In this document: in pieces, positions 8,918 to 18,357 of the stretch | Layout: every line of letters begins with the position of its first letter | How positions within the stretch are numbered: the first letter of the stretch is position 1 | Source: Candidatus Iainarchaeum sp. | GTDB taxonomy: Archaea; Iainarchaeota; Iainarchaeia; Iainarchaeales; DTGL01 | DNA: 21,215 nucleotides | Assembly (NCBI GenBank): GCA_038886995.1 | Contig: JAWALG010000018.1 | Coordinates: 1 to 21,215, forward strand | Direction: 5' to 3' | Translations under genes and position numbers: made by a program | Notes under the pieces: generated by a model | The model's database searches: none | Told to the model about the DNA's origin: nothing | Seen by the model: the letters and a program-made list of their open reading frames with translations, nothing else

Positions 8918-10094
8918 ATCATTGCTTTTATTAGCATTTTTCCTTTTTATTTCTGTTTCATTTGCTGAAAAAGTATTTGAGCAAAGCTTAAGTAGCATGG
9001 GCTACAGCGGCTTTGAAGTAATGGCTGACTCTGAGGATAAATGCAAAGAGTATGCCATAGAAGTGCCTGAAAAAGACGGCTATTTTTTCATAACTATTGC
9101 AGCTAATTTTTATCCGAGCAACAAAGGAGCTGCAAGCATAGATTGCTACATAAACAATAAGCTTGTAGGGAGTATAAATGCAAAAGACTTTGATTGTAGT
9201 GTTAGCCCTTGCGTATATCATTTGCCTGTAAGCAAAGAGGCCCTTGCTGGTGAGTCCAAGTTGAAGTTTTGTCTTAACCCAAGTCAGAGCATTACAAAAA
9301 TAGTTTTAAGCAATACCTCAAAAGTTGGCTCGTACTTAATGGGTGTTTTCAGTGAGAGTGACTTCAAGAAATGCGTTGTTTCTGGAGAGCTTTGCCTTGA
9401 GCGTTATGAAGCAGTAATTGGTGAAGACCTTAATGTGAGAATAACTATAAAAAATTCAGGCAACTATGAATCTGAAGCATTGATTTATGCGGTAAGGCCT
9501 ATAGTGCCAGATAAGAACATAAGGAAGGACCTCAGTGAGCTTACATTCATAGAAAAGTTTGCCCCGGGCGAAACAAAGGAATTCTATTATATTGTGAGGG
9601 CCAAGTCAGAGGACTTTTTCAACCTTCCACCTGCTGCGGCATACTATTATGATTGCTTTGAAAGGGAAATGATTGTTTTCTCAAACCCAGTAACTATAGT
9701 GCCAAAAGAAAAGCCAGACGTTGATGCAAAGGTCTTTTATAAAGAATCAGATGGCAAAAAAACCGCACAGGTTGTAATATCGAACAAGTCAGGCATAGAA
9801 ATTAATGGCGTAGAGGTTTCTTTGGCTGGTACTGGGCTTGTTTATGAGCCGGAAAAGCAAATATTTAGCATAAGTCCAAGAAATACAAAGGCAGTGGATT
9901 TCCAAATTAGAAGCATTTCAGGTAATGAGTTAAGCTGTTCTGTAAAAATAGAAGATTACAATATGGGTTTGAGCTGCAATGTGTTGGACATTTCAAAAAG
10001 AGGTGTTGGTGTCCTCTTTTTAGTTATAATCGGCATAGCACTGATAGCTTTTGCAGTTGGAGTTTACATATATCTAAACTCCCTTCCAGAGTGA
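8907..10094 (+). CDS. Secreted beta-sandwich (BatD/CARDB-like) surface protein with C-terminal TM anchor
   Basis: Signal peptide MRSKSLLLLAFFLFISVSFA; GEDLNVRITIKNSG...FAPGETKEFYY...LPPAAAYY...SNPVTI; C-terminal hydrophobic helix; Cys pairs; overlaps the kinase stop, suggesting coupling. Confidence 0.82.
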   Translation: MRSKSLLLLAFFLFISVSFAEKVFEQSLSSMGYSGFEVMADSEDKCKEYAIEVPEKDGYFFITIAANFYPSNKGAASIDCYINNKLVGSINAKDFDCSVSPCVYHLPVSKEALAGESKLKFCLNPSQSITKIVLSNTSKVGSYLMGVFSESDFKKCVVSGELCLERYEAVIGEDLNVRITIKNSGNYESEALIYAVRPIVPDKNIRKDLSELTFIEKFAPGETKEFYYIVRAKSEDFFNLPPAAAYYYDCFEREMIVFSNPVTIVPKEKPDVDAKVFYKESDGKKTAQVVISNKSGIEINGVEVSLAGTGLVYEPEKQIFSISPRNTKAVDFQIRSISGNELSCSVKIEDYNMGLSCNVLDISKRGVGVLFLVIIGIALIAFAVGVYIYLNSLPE

Positions 10095-10135
10095 CGAACT
10101 TCTTGGAAAAATTGACCACAGCCATTAGTTATAAG

Positions 10136-13100
10136 CTATATGTCACTTTTTTCAAGGGTGATATTTCGCAAAACCCTTCTAAACCTTGGCTTATCCTTTT
10201 TCTTCTTTAGATTTTTTACAATATAAAAAGACGCTATTGAAATCACTAGAAAAATTGGCATGTATGCTAAGGGCTCAACTTGATCTTTGTTCAGTGTTGC
10301 CAGCGCTAACTTAGAGTATACTATTGCTTGTAGATAATTACCATCCCTGAAGTTGGCCTCTGCACTATATAGAATATTCTTGGAACTATCATTTATGGCT
10401 TTATTCCTAAGCTCATTCAAATATTTTGCTGCAGTATCTTTAAGGTTTGCTTCGATTTTGGCTAGCTCTGAGTATGCCTGCCCAATTGAAGATATTTTCT
10501 GGTAAACCTTTTTTGAATTCGCAAGTTTAAGCGAATCTACTTTTTGCCTGGCGTCAATCAATGCTCTCAGTTCCTGCCATACAGCATCCTTGGACTGCGA
10601 AAGAACCTTTTCAAGGCTAGCAATTTTTGACTGGGTAAATTCTGGCAAATACCTTGATTCAATTAAAAGCTCTTGTGGTACAGATTCAAGTTGCAGCAAA
10701 AGCAATTTTACTTTTTCCTCGTATTTCACGGAAATTTCAAGCACTGAATTAACTTGATCTTTCAGTGAGTCAAAGGCAGAGTCAATTAGTATTGTGCCGT
10801 GGCCGTTAAGGTCTTTTACAAGGCCGTGAAGGGATTGTAGCTCTTTTGCAGCCTGTGCATTATGTCCTTTAGCAAGTTCAGAAATTGTTTTTTCATAACT
10901 TTCATTGGCTTTTTTTACAAGATCAGAACTTTTGCTGTCCGCAGCTCCGGCATCTTTTAGTAATGCATAGATTTTATTTGCAGAATCAATGTATTCTCTT
11001 GCTTTGGTGCGTATTTCTGTTTCTGGCGCTTGGGTTTTACCTTGCAACTTTGCTAAGGCCTCTTCCAGTAGAAAAATAGCTTTGCTAACATCAACTTTTG
11101 ACAGCTCCTCGGCGATTGAAAGGGCACTCTCAGCATCAGATATTTTTGAGGATAGCTCTTCGCAGAGGTCACCAAGCATAAGTTCTTTAGCAATTTGGAG
11201 TTCTGTATTGAGTTCTTCTATCGCTTTTTCAACAGCTGATTTGTAAAATAAGTACTGTTGGTATTGCTTTTTTGCTGCATCTTCTTTGCCTTTTATCTCG
11301 AACGCAGATCTGTATATCTCACTCAATTGCTCTGTGCTCAACTTGTTGGCATCCTTAAGCGACTCAAGCAGCTTGTAAGCCTCTTGCTTTAGGTTGTTGT
11401 CAGTTATTCCTGCAAGTATTTTTCTTGCTTCGTCAATGAGCCCCTGCCTAAACTTTTCTATATCTGTAACTGTAACCTTAATGTAAAACCTGCGCTCAGA
11501 GTACGCAGGAATCTGATCAAGGTTTATTCTTATTGCACCAGCCTCAATGAAATACTGCGCCTTTTTGCCCCTTTCGTCCATAAGCTCAATAGCATTGTAA
11601 CCACTAGGCACATGACAATAGAAAAATGTGTCGGTTCCATCAAACTCTGTTCTATTCTTTGCCGAGCACAAGTAGGTTAGATAAATAGTATTTGAATCTA
11701 ACCTTGATTCTGACAGAAGAGAAATTATACTTTCAATTGGCCTATCAATGCTGTAGTTTATTGTTAAGATATCGTTGGGCTCTATGTCAAAAAGAATTGT
11801 TTGAAGCTCTGGCCCTTCAGAAAAGAAAGCATGCTCTTTTTCCTTGAAAACTAATTTTGCGGTTGCGCCGCTTATCCTTGCTATTGAAACCCTGGCCTTT
11901 GGAAGATTTACATCAGAAACAAAAAGATACTTATCTGAGATTAGGCCAAAGTCAGGGTTGAGTGCAACATTCCTTGATACCTTTTTCAAAACAAACTCTT
12001 TGGTACAGCGATATTCAAAACTCGATAAGCCAAGAGGGAGCTCATAAAAGTCTACTGAAATGCTTTTTCCGGAAAACACAGCATTGAAGATATTTGCTGT
12101 TTTGTAATTCAGGGCGCAGTTTTGGCCATCGAATTTTATTGTGGCTTTGAAAGGCCTTTCAAAATTTATTAGTGAGTTTTCAAAGTAAAATACAAAATCT
12201 GATTCCACTGTAGTGGTCTCTGTGCCCCTAAGCAAAATCTCCTGCGGTGGTATTGCCATTATCCTGCTATGCTGTGAAATATTTTCCTGGAGAATTCCTT
12301 TAATTTTTTCAAGAAGATCTGAGTTCAGCTTTTCAACATCAGCCCTAATGGCGTTTATATTGGGCATCGCCTTTTCAAGTATTAAACCGTGTGGGCCAAA
12401 GTAATCTTTTATCTCATAGAAAAGCTTGTTTCTTTCAAACAAAAGCTTTTCTATAAAGCCATTGTAAAGCGTTGCTTCTTCAAACTTTTTTTCAATATCT
12501 TCAATATTATAATTTTCGCGTATATCTTCTTCAACTTCTGCTAAAAGCGATTTGCATTCGTTCAAAACACTGTTTGAATCAAGCATTACCTTATATCTGC
12601 TCTTGAGATAATCATTTTTCGTGAATTGTATAAGCACTGAAAGCTTCTCATCACAATCTGACTGGTAAAGAATTAACGCGTTGCTTTCCCTATTTTCTGA
12701 GGCCTCTTTGAGTTTTGCCCTAAGCTCAACAAACAAACTGCAGTACATTAGCTTTTCATCTGTGCTTGCAAGGCGGTATTTTTCCTTTAAAGAAGCAAGC
12801 TCTTGTGTCTGCGCCTGTGAAGAAAGTTCATAATCACACTTTGCAACAAGCACATTTACGCTCTTTTCAATTGACTCTAACGCATAAATTATGGTGCTTA
12901 TGTCATTGCTGAGAGCCTTAAGCTTCGATGCTCTTGACCCAATAGTAGTACGGCCTGATAACCATGCTAAGCGAAGATCATTTAGCTCTTGCTCAACAGC
13001 AGATATATTTGCTTTTGAATTAATTGCAGCATCTGCCGGTGAGCTAAAGACCAGGTTCTCAAAAGAAACTGTTAGCGGCTCGTTGAGAAGCTTCTGGAGA

Positions 13101-14173
13101 TTAAGCAAGAAATTTCCGTCGGCATATTGAAAAGAGCTTGATTCAAAAAAAAATGCCTTTGATTTTGCATAGCTTATTTTTTCCACAATGCTTTTTTCTA
13201 TTGCTGATAAGCTGTCTGCAAGGGATGCCCTTTTAAGTGAATCCTCTTTAGCCAATTGCGCAAAATCACTAGCCAAAGAGTTCTTTTTTCCAACAAGCTT
13301 TGAAAGAAGCTTCAGGAACTCATCTGGCCTTTCATTTGAAAGGAAGCTTAGCATCCTTTCAGTTGTTTCAATGTTTGACACAAACTCAGCATACTGTGTT
13401 GGCAAGCCAGCAAAGATTGGCAAATAAACACTTTTGTCTTGATTTTCATATATGTAGTAATCAAAAGGAATTCCTAAGGACCCTATTAGCAGTTCCCTCA
13501 GCGTCTTCTTTTTTATAATCTCTGGCTTTGCACCAGCGAAAGCCCTTTTGTTTGCTGTCTCTTCTGCAAGGCGTCTTGCGTCTGAAGCGTAATTGCTCAG
13601 GCCTAAATTTTCTTTTGAAATTATTTGGCGCTCATTGTCGTTGATCTTTATGTAAAGCGCATACAATGGTTCTTCTTTTATTAGGTTGATATCCTGTTCT
13701 TCAAGTTTTCTCTTTTCGTATATTATGAACCCAAACGATGCTTCGAGCGCAAGGTCTGACTCTTCAAACGATTTCTCAATGTAATATCTGAAATCGTTTG
13801 CGCTGTTTAAGGCAAGGTCAAAATTTTTTTCTGAGCACGCACTCCTTATATTTTTAAGGTAATGCATTGCCTCATTGTAATATTGCCACGACTTTGAAAG
13901 GTGTGTCTTGTAGTAGTAAAGAATCTGTCTTGATTCAAGTGTTAGCTCTTTGTCAGAGAAATCAAAAAGTTCTTTTTCCGCAATTGAGAAGCACTCTTCA
14001 AAACTCGAGCATTGTGGCACATAGCCAGCATCGTAAGCAGTTAAGTTAAGGCATCTTTGTTTGTATTCCTCAAGAAGCGCCTCGTTTTCATAGTCAATGC
14101 ATGCGGTATGGAAAAGCAGAACTATCAAAAGCAGAAATAGGAATATCAATCTTGGACTTGACTCTCTTAGCAT
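10136..14173 (-). CDS. Very large hypothetical surface protein (1345 aa): signal/lipobox-like N-terminus, helical coiled coils, central beta-rich region, C-terminal TM + basic tail
   Basis: LIFLFLLLIVLLFHTA-C at the N-terminus; long heptad-rich stretches; LAYMPIFLVISIASFYIV followed by KNLKKKKDKPRFRR. Confidence 0.88.
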   Translation of the reverse strand: MLRESSPRLIFLFLLLIVLLFHTACIDYENEALLEEYKQRCLNLTAYDAGYVPQCSSFEECFSIAEKELFDFSDKELTLESRQILYYYKTHLSKSWQYYNEAMHYLKNIRSACSEKNFDLALNSANDFRYYIEKSFEESDLALEASFGFIIYEKRKLEEQDINLIKEEPLYALYIKINDNERQIISKENLGLSNYASDARRLAEETANKRAFAGAKPEIIKKKTLRELLIGSLGIPFDYYIYENQDKSVYLPIFAGLPTQYAEFVSNIETTERMLSFLSNERPDEFLKLLSKLVGKKNSLASDFAQLAKEDSLKRASLADSLSAIEKSIVEKISYAKSKAFFFESSSFQYADGNFLLNLQKLLNEPLTVSFENLVFSSPADAAINSKANISAVEQELNDLRLAWLSGRTTIGSRASKLKALSNDISTIIYALESIEKSVNVLVAKCDYELSSQAQTQELASLKEKYRLASTDEKLMYCSLFVELRAKLKEASENRESNALILYQSDCDEKLSVLIQFTKNDYLKSRYKVMLDSNSVLNECKSLLAEVEEDIRENYNIEDIEKKFEEATLYNGFIEKLLFERNKLFYEIKDYFGPHGLILEKAMPNINAIRADVEKLNSDLLEKIKGILQENISQHSRIMAIPPQEILLRGTETTTVESDFVFYFENSLINFERPFKATIKFDGQNCALNYKTANIFNAVFSGKSISVDFYELPLGLSSFEYRCTKEFVLKKVSRNVALNPDFGLISDKYLFVSDVNLPKARVSIARISGATAKLVFKEKEHAFFSEGPELQTILFDIEPNDILTINYSIDRPIESIISLLSESRLDSNTIYLTYLCSAKNRTEFDGTDTFFYCHVPSGYNAIELMDERGKKAQYFIEAGAIRINLDQIPAYSERRFYIKVTVTDIEKFRQGLIDEARKILAGITDNNLKQEAYKLLESLKDANKLSTEQLSEIYRSAFEIKGKEDAAKKQYQQYLFYKSAVEKAIEELNTELQIAKELMLGDLCEELSSKISDAESALSIAEELSKVDVSKAIFLLEEALAKLQGKTQAPETEIRTKAREYIDSANKIYALLKDAGAADSKSSDLVKKANESYEKTISELAKGHNAQAAKELQSLHGLVKDLNGHGTILIDSAFDSLKDQVNSVLEISVKYEEKVKLLLLQLESVPQELLIESRYLPEFTQSKIASLEKVLSQSKDAVWQELRALIDARQKVDSLKLANSKKVYQKISSIGQAYSELAKIEANLKDTAAKYLNELRNKAINDSSKNILYSAEANFRDGNYLQAIVYSKLALATLNKDQVEPLAYMPIFLVISIASFYIVKNLKKKKDKPRFRRVLRNITLEKSDI

Positions 14174-14217
14174 TGATTAATTCTTTCCCTGGAAAAATTT
14201 AAAAAATCAACTTTGAA

Positions 14218-14655
14218 TTAAACTAGCTCAAATTCCTCGGCACTTATATCTGCCAAAAGAAGTTTCTTTCCGAAGAAACTGCATTTCTGCGCTAACTCTT
14301 TTGCCAAGCCCAAGGTTAAAGTCCTACTTTTGTGCGACAAAAAAATTACACTCAATTCAGGTTCGCAAACTGAAAGCTTTGAGAGTGCAGCAAAAAAGCC
14401 CTCTAAGTCGCCGAGCTCAAATTCAAATGCAACCTCTATGTTTTGTGCTATTGTCCAAGCAATGTCAAATTCTATTTTGCTGTTGTTTATATCCACACAG
14501 TAAGGTGCATGCGTATCAAAGCCAAGGTCCGAGCCAAGGCAACAATAGTATGTCTTTGTAAGCTCAATCAAATTGCCTTCTCTTTGGTTTATGAATGCCT
14601 GCAGTTGCCCAAAGTCAGTAATCTCTTTTACTAAAGGATCAAGGCCAGAGACCAT
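14218..14655 (-). CDS. Hypothetical protein, possible stand-alone PD-(D/E)XK-fold protein
   Basis: FDIAW-x7-VAFEFE, then a helix and beta-strands, resembles the D...E-x-E variant of the restriction-endonuclease-like fold. Confidence 0.6.
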   Translation of the reverse strand: MVSGLDPLVKEITDFGQLQAFINQREGNLIELTKTYYCCLGSDLGFDTHAPYCVDINNSKIEFDIAWTIAQNIEVAFEFELGDLEGFFAALSKLSVCEPELSVIFLSHKSRTLTLGLAKELAQKCSFFGKKLLLADISAEEFELV

Positions 14656-14707
14656 GAAAAATAAAATAATAGAAAATAATATTAAGTTGTCATACTAAAG
14701 CATAATT

Positions 14708-15304
14708 ATGGCTTTATCTGAAAAAGAATGCGAAAAACTGATAAACATTGCAAGAAAAGCAATAGAATACTACAATTTGACAGGCAGGATATACTCTGCT
14801 AATGCTAAAGAAAAAAATTTGTTAGAAAAAAAAGGTGTTTTTGTAACACTTTACAGATATCCTGAGAACGAGCTTCGTGGCTGCATTGGCATACCTTACG
14901 CTGAAATGCCTCTCGTTAAAGCAGTTGCAGAGGCGGCAGTTGGTTCAGCAAATGACCCTAGATTTTTGCCTGTTAGCAATGAAGAGCTGCAAAAATGTGT
15001 CGTTGAAATTTCAGTGCTGAGCGAACCTGAAAAAATAGAAAACAAAAATGCTACAAAAAAAATTGTTGTTGGTAAGCATGGATTGATCATAAAGAGAGCA
15101 CATCACAGTGGCCTTTTATTGCCACAAGTCGCTACAGAATATGGTTGGAACAGTGAGGCCTTTTTAGAGCAGACTTGTTTAAAAGCTGGTCTGCAGAAAA
15201 ATTTTTGGCGTTTGCCTGACACTGAAATATTTGTTTTTGAGGCCTTTGTCTTCAGGGAAGAAACACCGCAAGGAAAAATTAAGATAGAGATCTTGCAGAA
15301 ATAA
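14708..15304 (+). CDS. AMMECR1-domain protein (AmmeMemoRadiSam system protein A)
   Basis: GVFVTL, LRGCIG, DPRF, EISVLS, GKHGLII, GLLLPQVA, CLKAGL. Confidence 0.94.
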   Translation: MALSEKECEKLINIARKAIEYYNLTGRIYSANAKEKNLLEKKGVFVTLYRYPENELRGCIGIPYAEMPLVKAVAEAAVGSANDPRFLPVSNEELQKCVVEISVLSEPEKIENKNATKKIVVGKHGLIIKRAHHSGLLLPQVATEYGWNSEAFLEQTCLKAGLQKNFWRLPDTEIFVFEAFVFREETPQGKIKIEILQK

Positions 15305-15306
15305 AT

Positions 15307-15525
15307 TCATTTTGAGGCAACAATACATTTCGTAAGCGAGTTGTGTATTTCCAAGTTTTCTGCTTTGCATTTTTTAAGTTGTTCTGCAATGGAACCTTCT
15401 AGCAATGGCTCAATGAGGTAATGTTGCAATGCAGCGCCGATTGCAACCCCGACAATAAGAAAGAAAATCAAAAGAAGCTTTTTTGGGGTCCAGAAACTTT
15501 TGCTTGATTCATTTTTTTCGGACAT
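15307..15525 (-). CDS. Small bitopic membrane protein with C-terminal coiled coil (72 aa)
   Basis: AGGTGA SD (15535-15530); KK + TM (LLLIFFLIVGVAIGAAL) + heptads with two Cys. Confidence 0.8.
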   Translation of the reverse strand: MSEKNESSKSFWTPKKLLLIFFLIVGVAIGAALQHYLIEPLLEGSIAEQLKKCKAENLEIHNSLTKCIVASK

Positions 15526-15687
15526 ACACTCACCTTTGCATACCTTGATTTAGAAACGATATGTTTAAATATTAGAAAAGCGTATAACTATACGAAGTTT
15601 AATGAGGTGCTAAAAAAGTTCATTATGTATAGGGCTGTGAGGTAAGGGTTTATAAAAGTTAATACTTTTACTTTATAGGGTGAAATC

Positions 15688-15948
15688 ATGTATAAGTACA
15701 CTATTGCTAGGGAGATAGCAGCAAAAAGAGTAATTACAAATAGGGGCGAAGAGCTTGGCAAGCTCTCTGACCTTCTTATAAATGAGCGCACAGGCGAAAT
15801 AGAAAAACTGGTAATAGAGATTGACAAAAACAGCAAGATAGTGAAAAGGCTGAGGACTACGGACCCTATAATAGAAGTGCCCTACGCTGCGGTTACTGCA
15901 GTAAGCGATGTCTTCATAGTTGATGAGCGCGAAGTTGTTACTGGGTAA
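15688..15948 (+). CDS. PRC-barrel domain protein (archaeal CdpB-like cell-division family)
   Basis: KRVITNRGEELGKLSDLLINERTGEIEKLVI...VPYAAVTAVSDVFIV; GGGTGA SD; TATA TTTATAAA at 15648-15655. Confidence 0.9.
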   Translation: MYKYTIAREIAAKRVITNRGEELGKLSDLLINERTGEIEKLVIEIDKNSKIVKRLRTTDPIIEVPYAAVTAVSDVFIVDEREVVTG

Positions 15949-15952
15949 ATGC

Positions 15953-17128
15953 CTAACATTCTTCTTTGCTTTGTCTATTTTCACCTGCAATAAGCTCTAT
16001 TTTTGCTGAGCGTTTGCTAAAGTCGATGCTCTTGAGCAAAACGTTTCCAAAAGGACGGCTATACATAACTTGTTCTTTGCCTTTTTTTCCCTGAATCTCC
16101 GCCCTAGCAAACTCAAAAGCTGAGCAAACATCGTTAAAGTTATCATAAATTGCCCGTGCCTTTGCTTTTAGTTCAAGTGAGGCCTTTTCACAGCTTTTTA
16201 CCTTTGTGATTTGTTTTTCCAAAACATTTTTAAGTTCAGTAGCTTTTTTGTCAACATTTTCCGATTTTGCTTTAGGTTCTTTTTGCATAACAAAGATTTC
16301 ATTGAGAGCATCGTTTAAGTTTTTGAATTCTTGTTTGTGGGCTCGGGAAAAGGGAGGCGGCAAAAAAGGTAGCAAATAGAATGAACTGCGGTGCTCTAAA
16401 ATATATGCTTTGCCTTCTGGATCTGATTTTTTCGAGTTTAGCGTGATTTTTTCATGAAGCTCTCTAAGCTTTTGCTCAGGAATATTTTCAATAGTTTTTT
16501 CCGGTTCTATATTTGCTTCAAGGCTCGATGTTTCAGCGATTATGGGCGCCAAGCCAAAAGACTTCACGAGCCATGGAACTATTTTTATCCCAGCATCTTT
16601 ATTTGCTAGCTTTACAAATTCACCAGCACTTATTTTGTCTAGTTCAATGGTTGATGGCGGCTCCTTATATTGAAGCCCTTTCTTTATTTCCCTTGTGCTC
16701 CACTCCTCAGCATGCAAGCAACCAAGTATTCTTTTTGATTTGTCAGTCAAAATGATATTGCCTTTGGAGAAAAGTTCCAGAAATAGAAAATAATCGGAAA
16801 AGTTGAGAATAAAAACACGTTCAGAGCCAAGCTGCTCAATTGAAATCAGCCTCTTTGATCTAAGGTGCTTATTCAGAAAAGCGCCGAAGCCAGAGGTCTG
16901 CTGTTTTGCTGGAAGCTGATATTTTGAGATGAAAAAATACTTGCTGCAAATCACAAGGTCTTTTTCTCCGGCTTTTGTGTAAAGCTTAATCTTTATTGCA
17001 CCTTTTGGCATTTCTTGAACTTTTTTTACGGTGGATTGCTCTATGTTTTCGCCTTTTAAATATTTGATAAGCGCCGAAAATGATTGGCTGGGTATATTTA
17101 GCTTATCGTGAGAAATAGGTTCAAACAT
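15953..17128 (-). CDS. rqcH: Rqc2/NEMF/RqcH (NFACT) homologue, N-terminal half only (NFACT-N + HhH + first coiled coil; no NFACT-R)
   Basis: FGAFLNKHLRSKRLISIEQLGSERV, LFLELFSKGNIILTD, REIKKGLQYKEPP, FGLAPIIAE, LNDALNEIF, AIYDNF; 391 aa. Confidence 0.85.
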   Translation of the reverse strand: MFEPISHDKLNIPSQSFSALIKYLKGENIEQSTVKKVQEMPKGAIKIKLYTKAGEKDLVICSKYFFISKYQLPAKQQTSGFGAFLNKHLRSKRLISIEQLGSERVFILNFSDYFLFLELFSKGNIILTDKSKRILGCLHAEEWSTREIKKGLQYKEPPSTIELDKISAGEFVKLANKDAGIKIVPWLVKSFGLAPIIAETSSLEANIEPEKTIENIPEQKLRELHEKITLNSKKSDPEGKAYILEHRSSFYLLPFLPPPFSRAHKQEFKNLNDALNEIFVMQKEPKAKSENVDKKATELKNVLEKQITKVKSCEKASLELKAKARAIYDNFNDVCSAFEFARAEIQGKKGKEQVMYSRPFGNVLLKSIDFSKRSAKIELIAGENRQSKEEC

Positions 17129-17166
17129 AAAGATTTTTTGCTTGAAAATGTTAATAAATTGCCACG

Positions 17167-18357
17167 CTATGCTGATAGGTATTTTAGCATTACTTTCAAT
17201 AGGGCTGGTTTGCTGATGAGCTTCTTAAGGATTATTGCCCTAATCTTTGCAAAATCACCACTTTGTATTGTCATTATTTCTTCGCCGTTGAATACCTCAG
17301 CAATTGCATTGAAGTCAGCATCACTAAGGGATTCCATCATACGTCTTATCTGCACCAGTCGCATAAGTTTGTTTCCGTGGCGCTCCCACCAGATTTTGTT
17401 GTATTCATCGAGATAATAATCTGAAAAATTGTTGTTTTTGAAGGCCTTTTCAGCAACGCTTGCAGCCATATCTGCAGCTTCCATTGCTATGCCCATGCCG
17501 CCGCCATGTATTGGATTAACTTGGTGGGCTGCATCACCTATGACTATGAGATTGTCTGCAGTCATTTTCTTTAGAAGTCCTCCAACTGGTATCACGCCGG
17601 AGTTAACTTCAATTATTGAGCCTTTCTTTATCTCTGGCCTTGCATCAATCCATTTGTCTAGGTAAGCTTTTGCAGAGCCCCTAATATGTGCGCCTATGCC
17701 AATTCCAACATTCGCATGCCCTTTGTCCTTTGGAAATAACCAAACATAGCCTCTTGGCGCAACCTCATTTCCAAACCATAAGTGGATAAATTTTTCTTTT
17801 TCAAAGTCAATGCCTGCCATCTCATATTGAATGCCAGAGTCGAGGTCCTCTGGTTTTATGCTTATTGGCAAGCCCATCTTGTTTGCTATAACACTTTGTG
17901 GCCCATCGCACGCAAAAATCATTTTTGCGGAGTAAGTATTTGCGAAAAGGTCTGAAACTTCTACAGTAATGTCTTTGCTACTTCGCCTAACTTCGGTTAC
18001 ATTGCTCTTTGCTCTTACAACAGCGCCTGCCTTGGCTGCTCTCTTTGCAAGATATTTTTCAAAGGCCTTGCGCTCCAAAACAAAGCCCATTGTTTTGCCG
18101 AAATCAATCTCAACTGTTCGGCCATTGGGTGCATACAAAATCGCACCGTATATTTTCTGCGATGCCCAACGCCTATCTGGTTTTAGGCCAAGCTTTTGCA
18201 GGTGCCCCAAACTAATGCCTTCACCGCATTGCTTCGGAACACCAATCTCTTGTTTTTTGTCTAAGCATAACACGCTAAGGCCTTTTTTTGCTAGTTGCTC
18301 AGCAGCTCTTAGGCCTGCAACACTTCCACCTATTACAATAACATCATACTGCTCCAT
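17167..18357 (-). CDS. Geranylgeranyl reductase family (digeranylgeranylglycerophospholipid reductase)
   Basis: YDVIVIGGSVAG FAD motif, PKQCGEG, APRGYVWLFPK (YxWxFP), GDAAHQVNPIHGGGM. Confidence 0.93.
   Translation of the reverse strand: MEQYDVIVIGGSVAGLRAAEQLAKKGLSVLCLDKKQEIGVPKQCGEGISLGHLQKLGLKPDRRWASQKIYGAILYAPNGRTVEIDFGKTMGFVLERKAFEKYLAKRAAKAGAVVRAKSNVTEVRRSSKDITVEVSDLFANTYSAKMIFACDGPQSVIANKMGLPISIKPEDLDSGIQYEMAGIDFEKEKFIHLWFGNEVAPRGYVWLFPKDKGHANVGIGIGAHIRGSAKAYLDKWIDARPEIKKGSIIEVNSGVIPVGGLLKKMTADNLIVIGDAAHQVNPIHGGGMGIAMEAADMAASVAEKAFKNNNFSDYYLDEYNKIWWERHGNKLMRLVQIRRMMESLSDADFNAIAEVFNGEEIMTIQSGDFAKIRAIILKKLISKPALLKVMLKYLSA

Noticed and set aside
15589-15599. TATACGAAGTT matching part of a loxP arm, suggesting vector contamination
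   Set aside because: No full 34-bp loxP and no vector sequence; the context is native intergenic DNA.
15673-15990. Minus-strand 105-aa ORF as a frameshifted continuation of RqcH (contains KAKK)
   Set aside because: It is antisense to the well-supported PRC-barrel gene and has no NFACT-R-like sequence.
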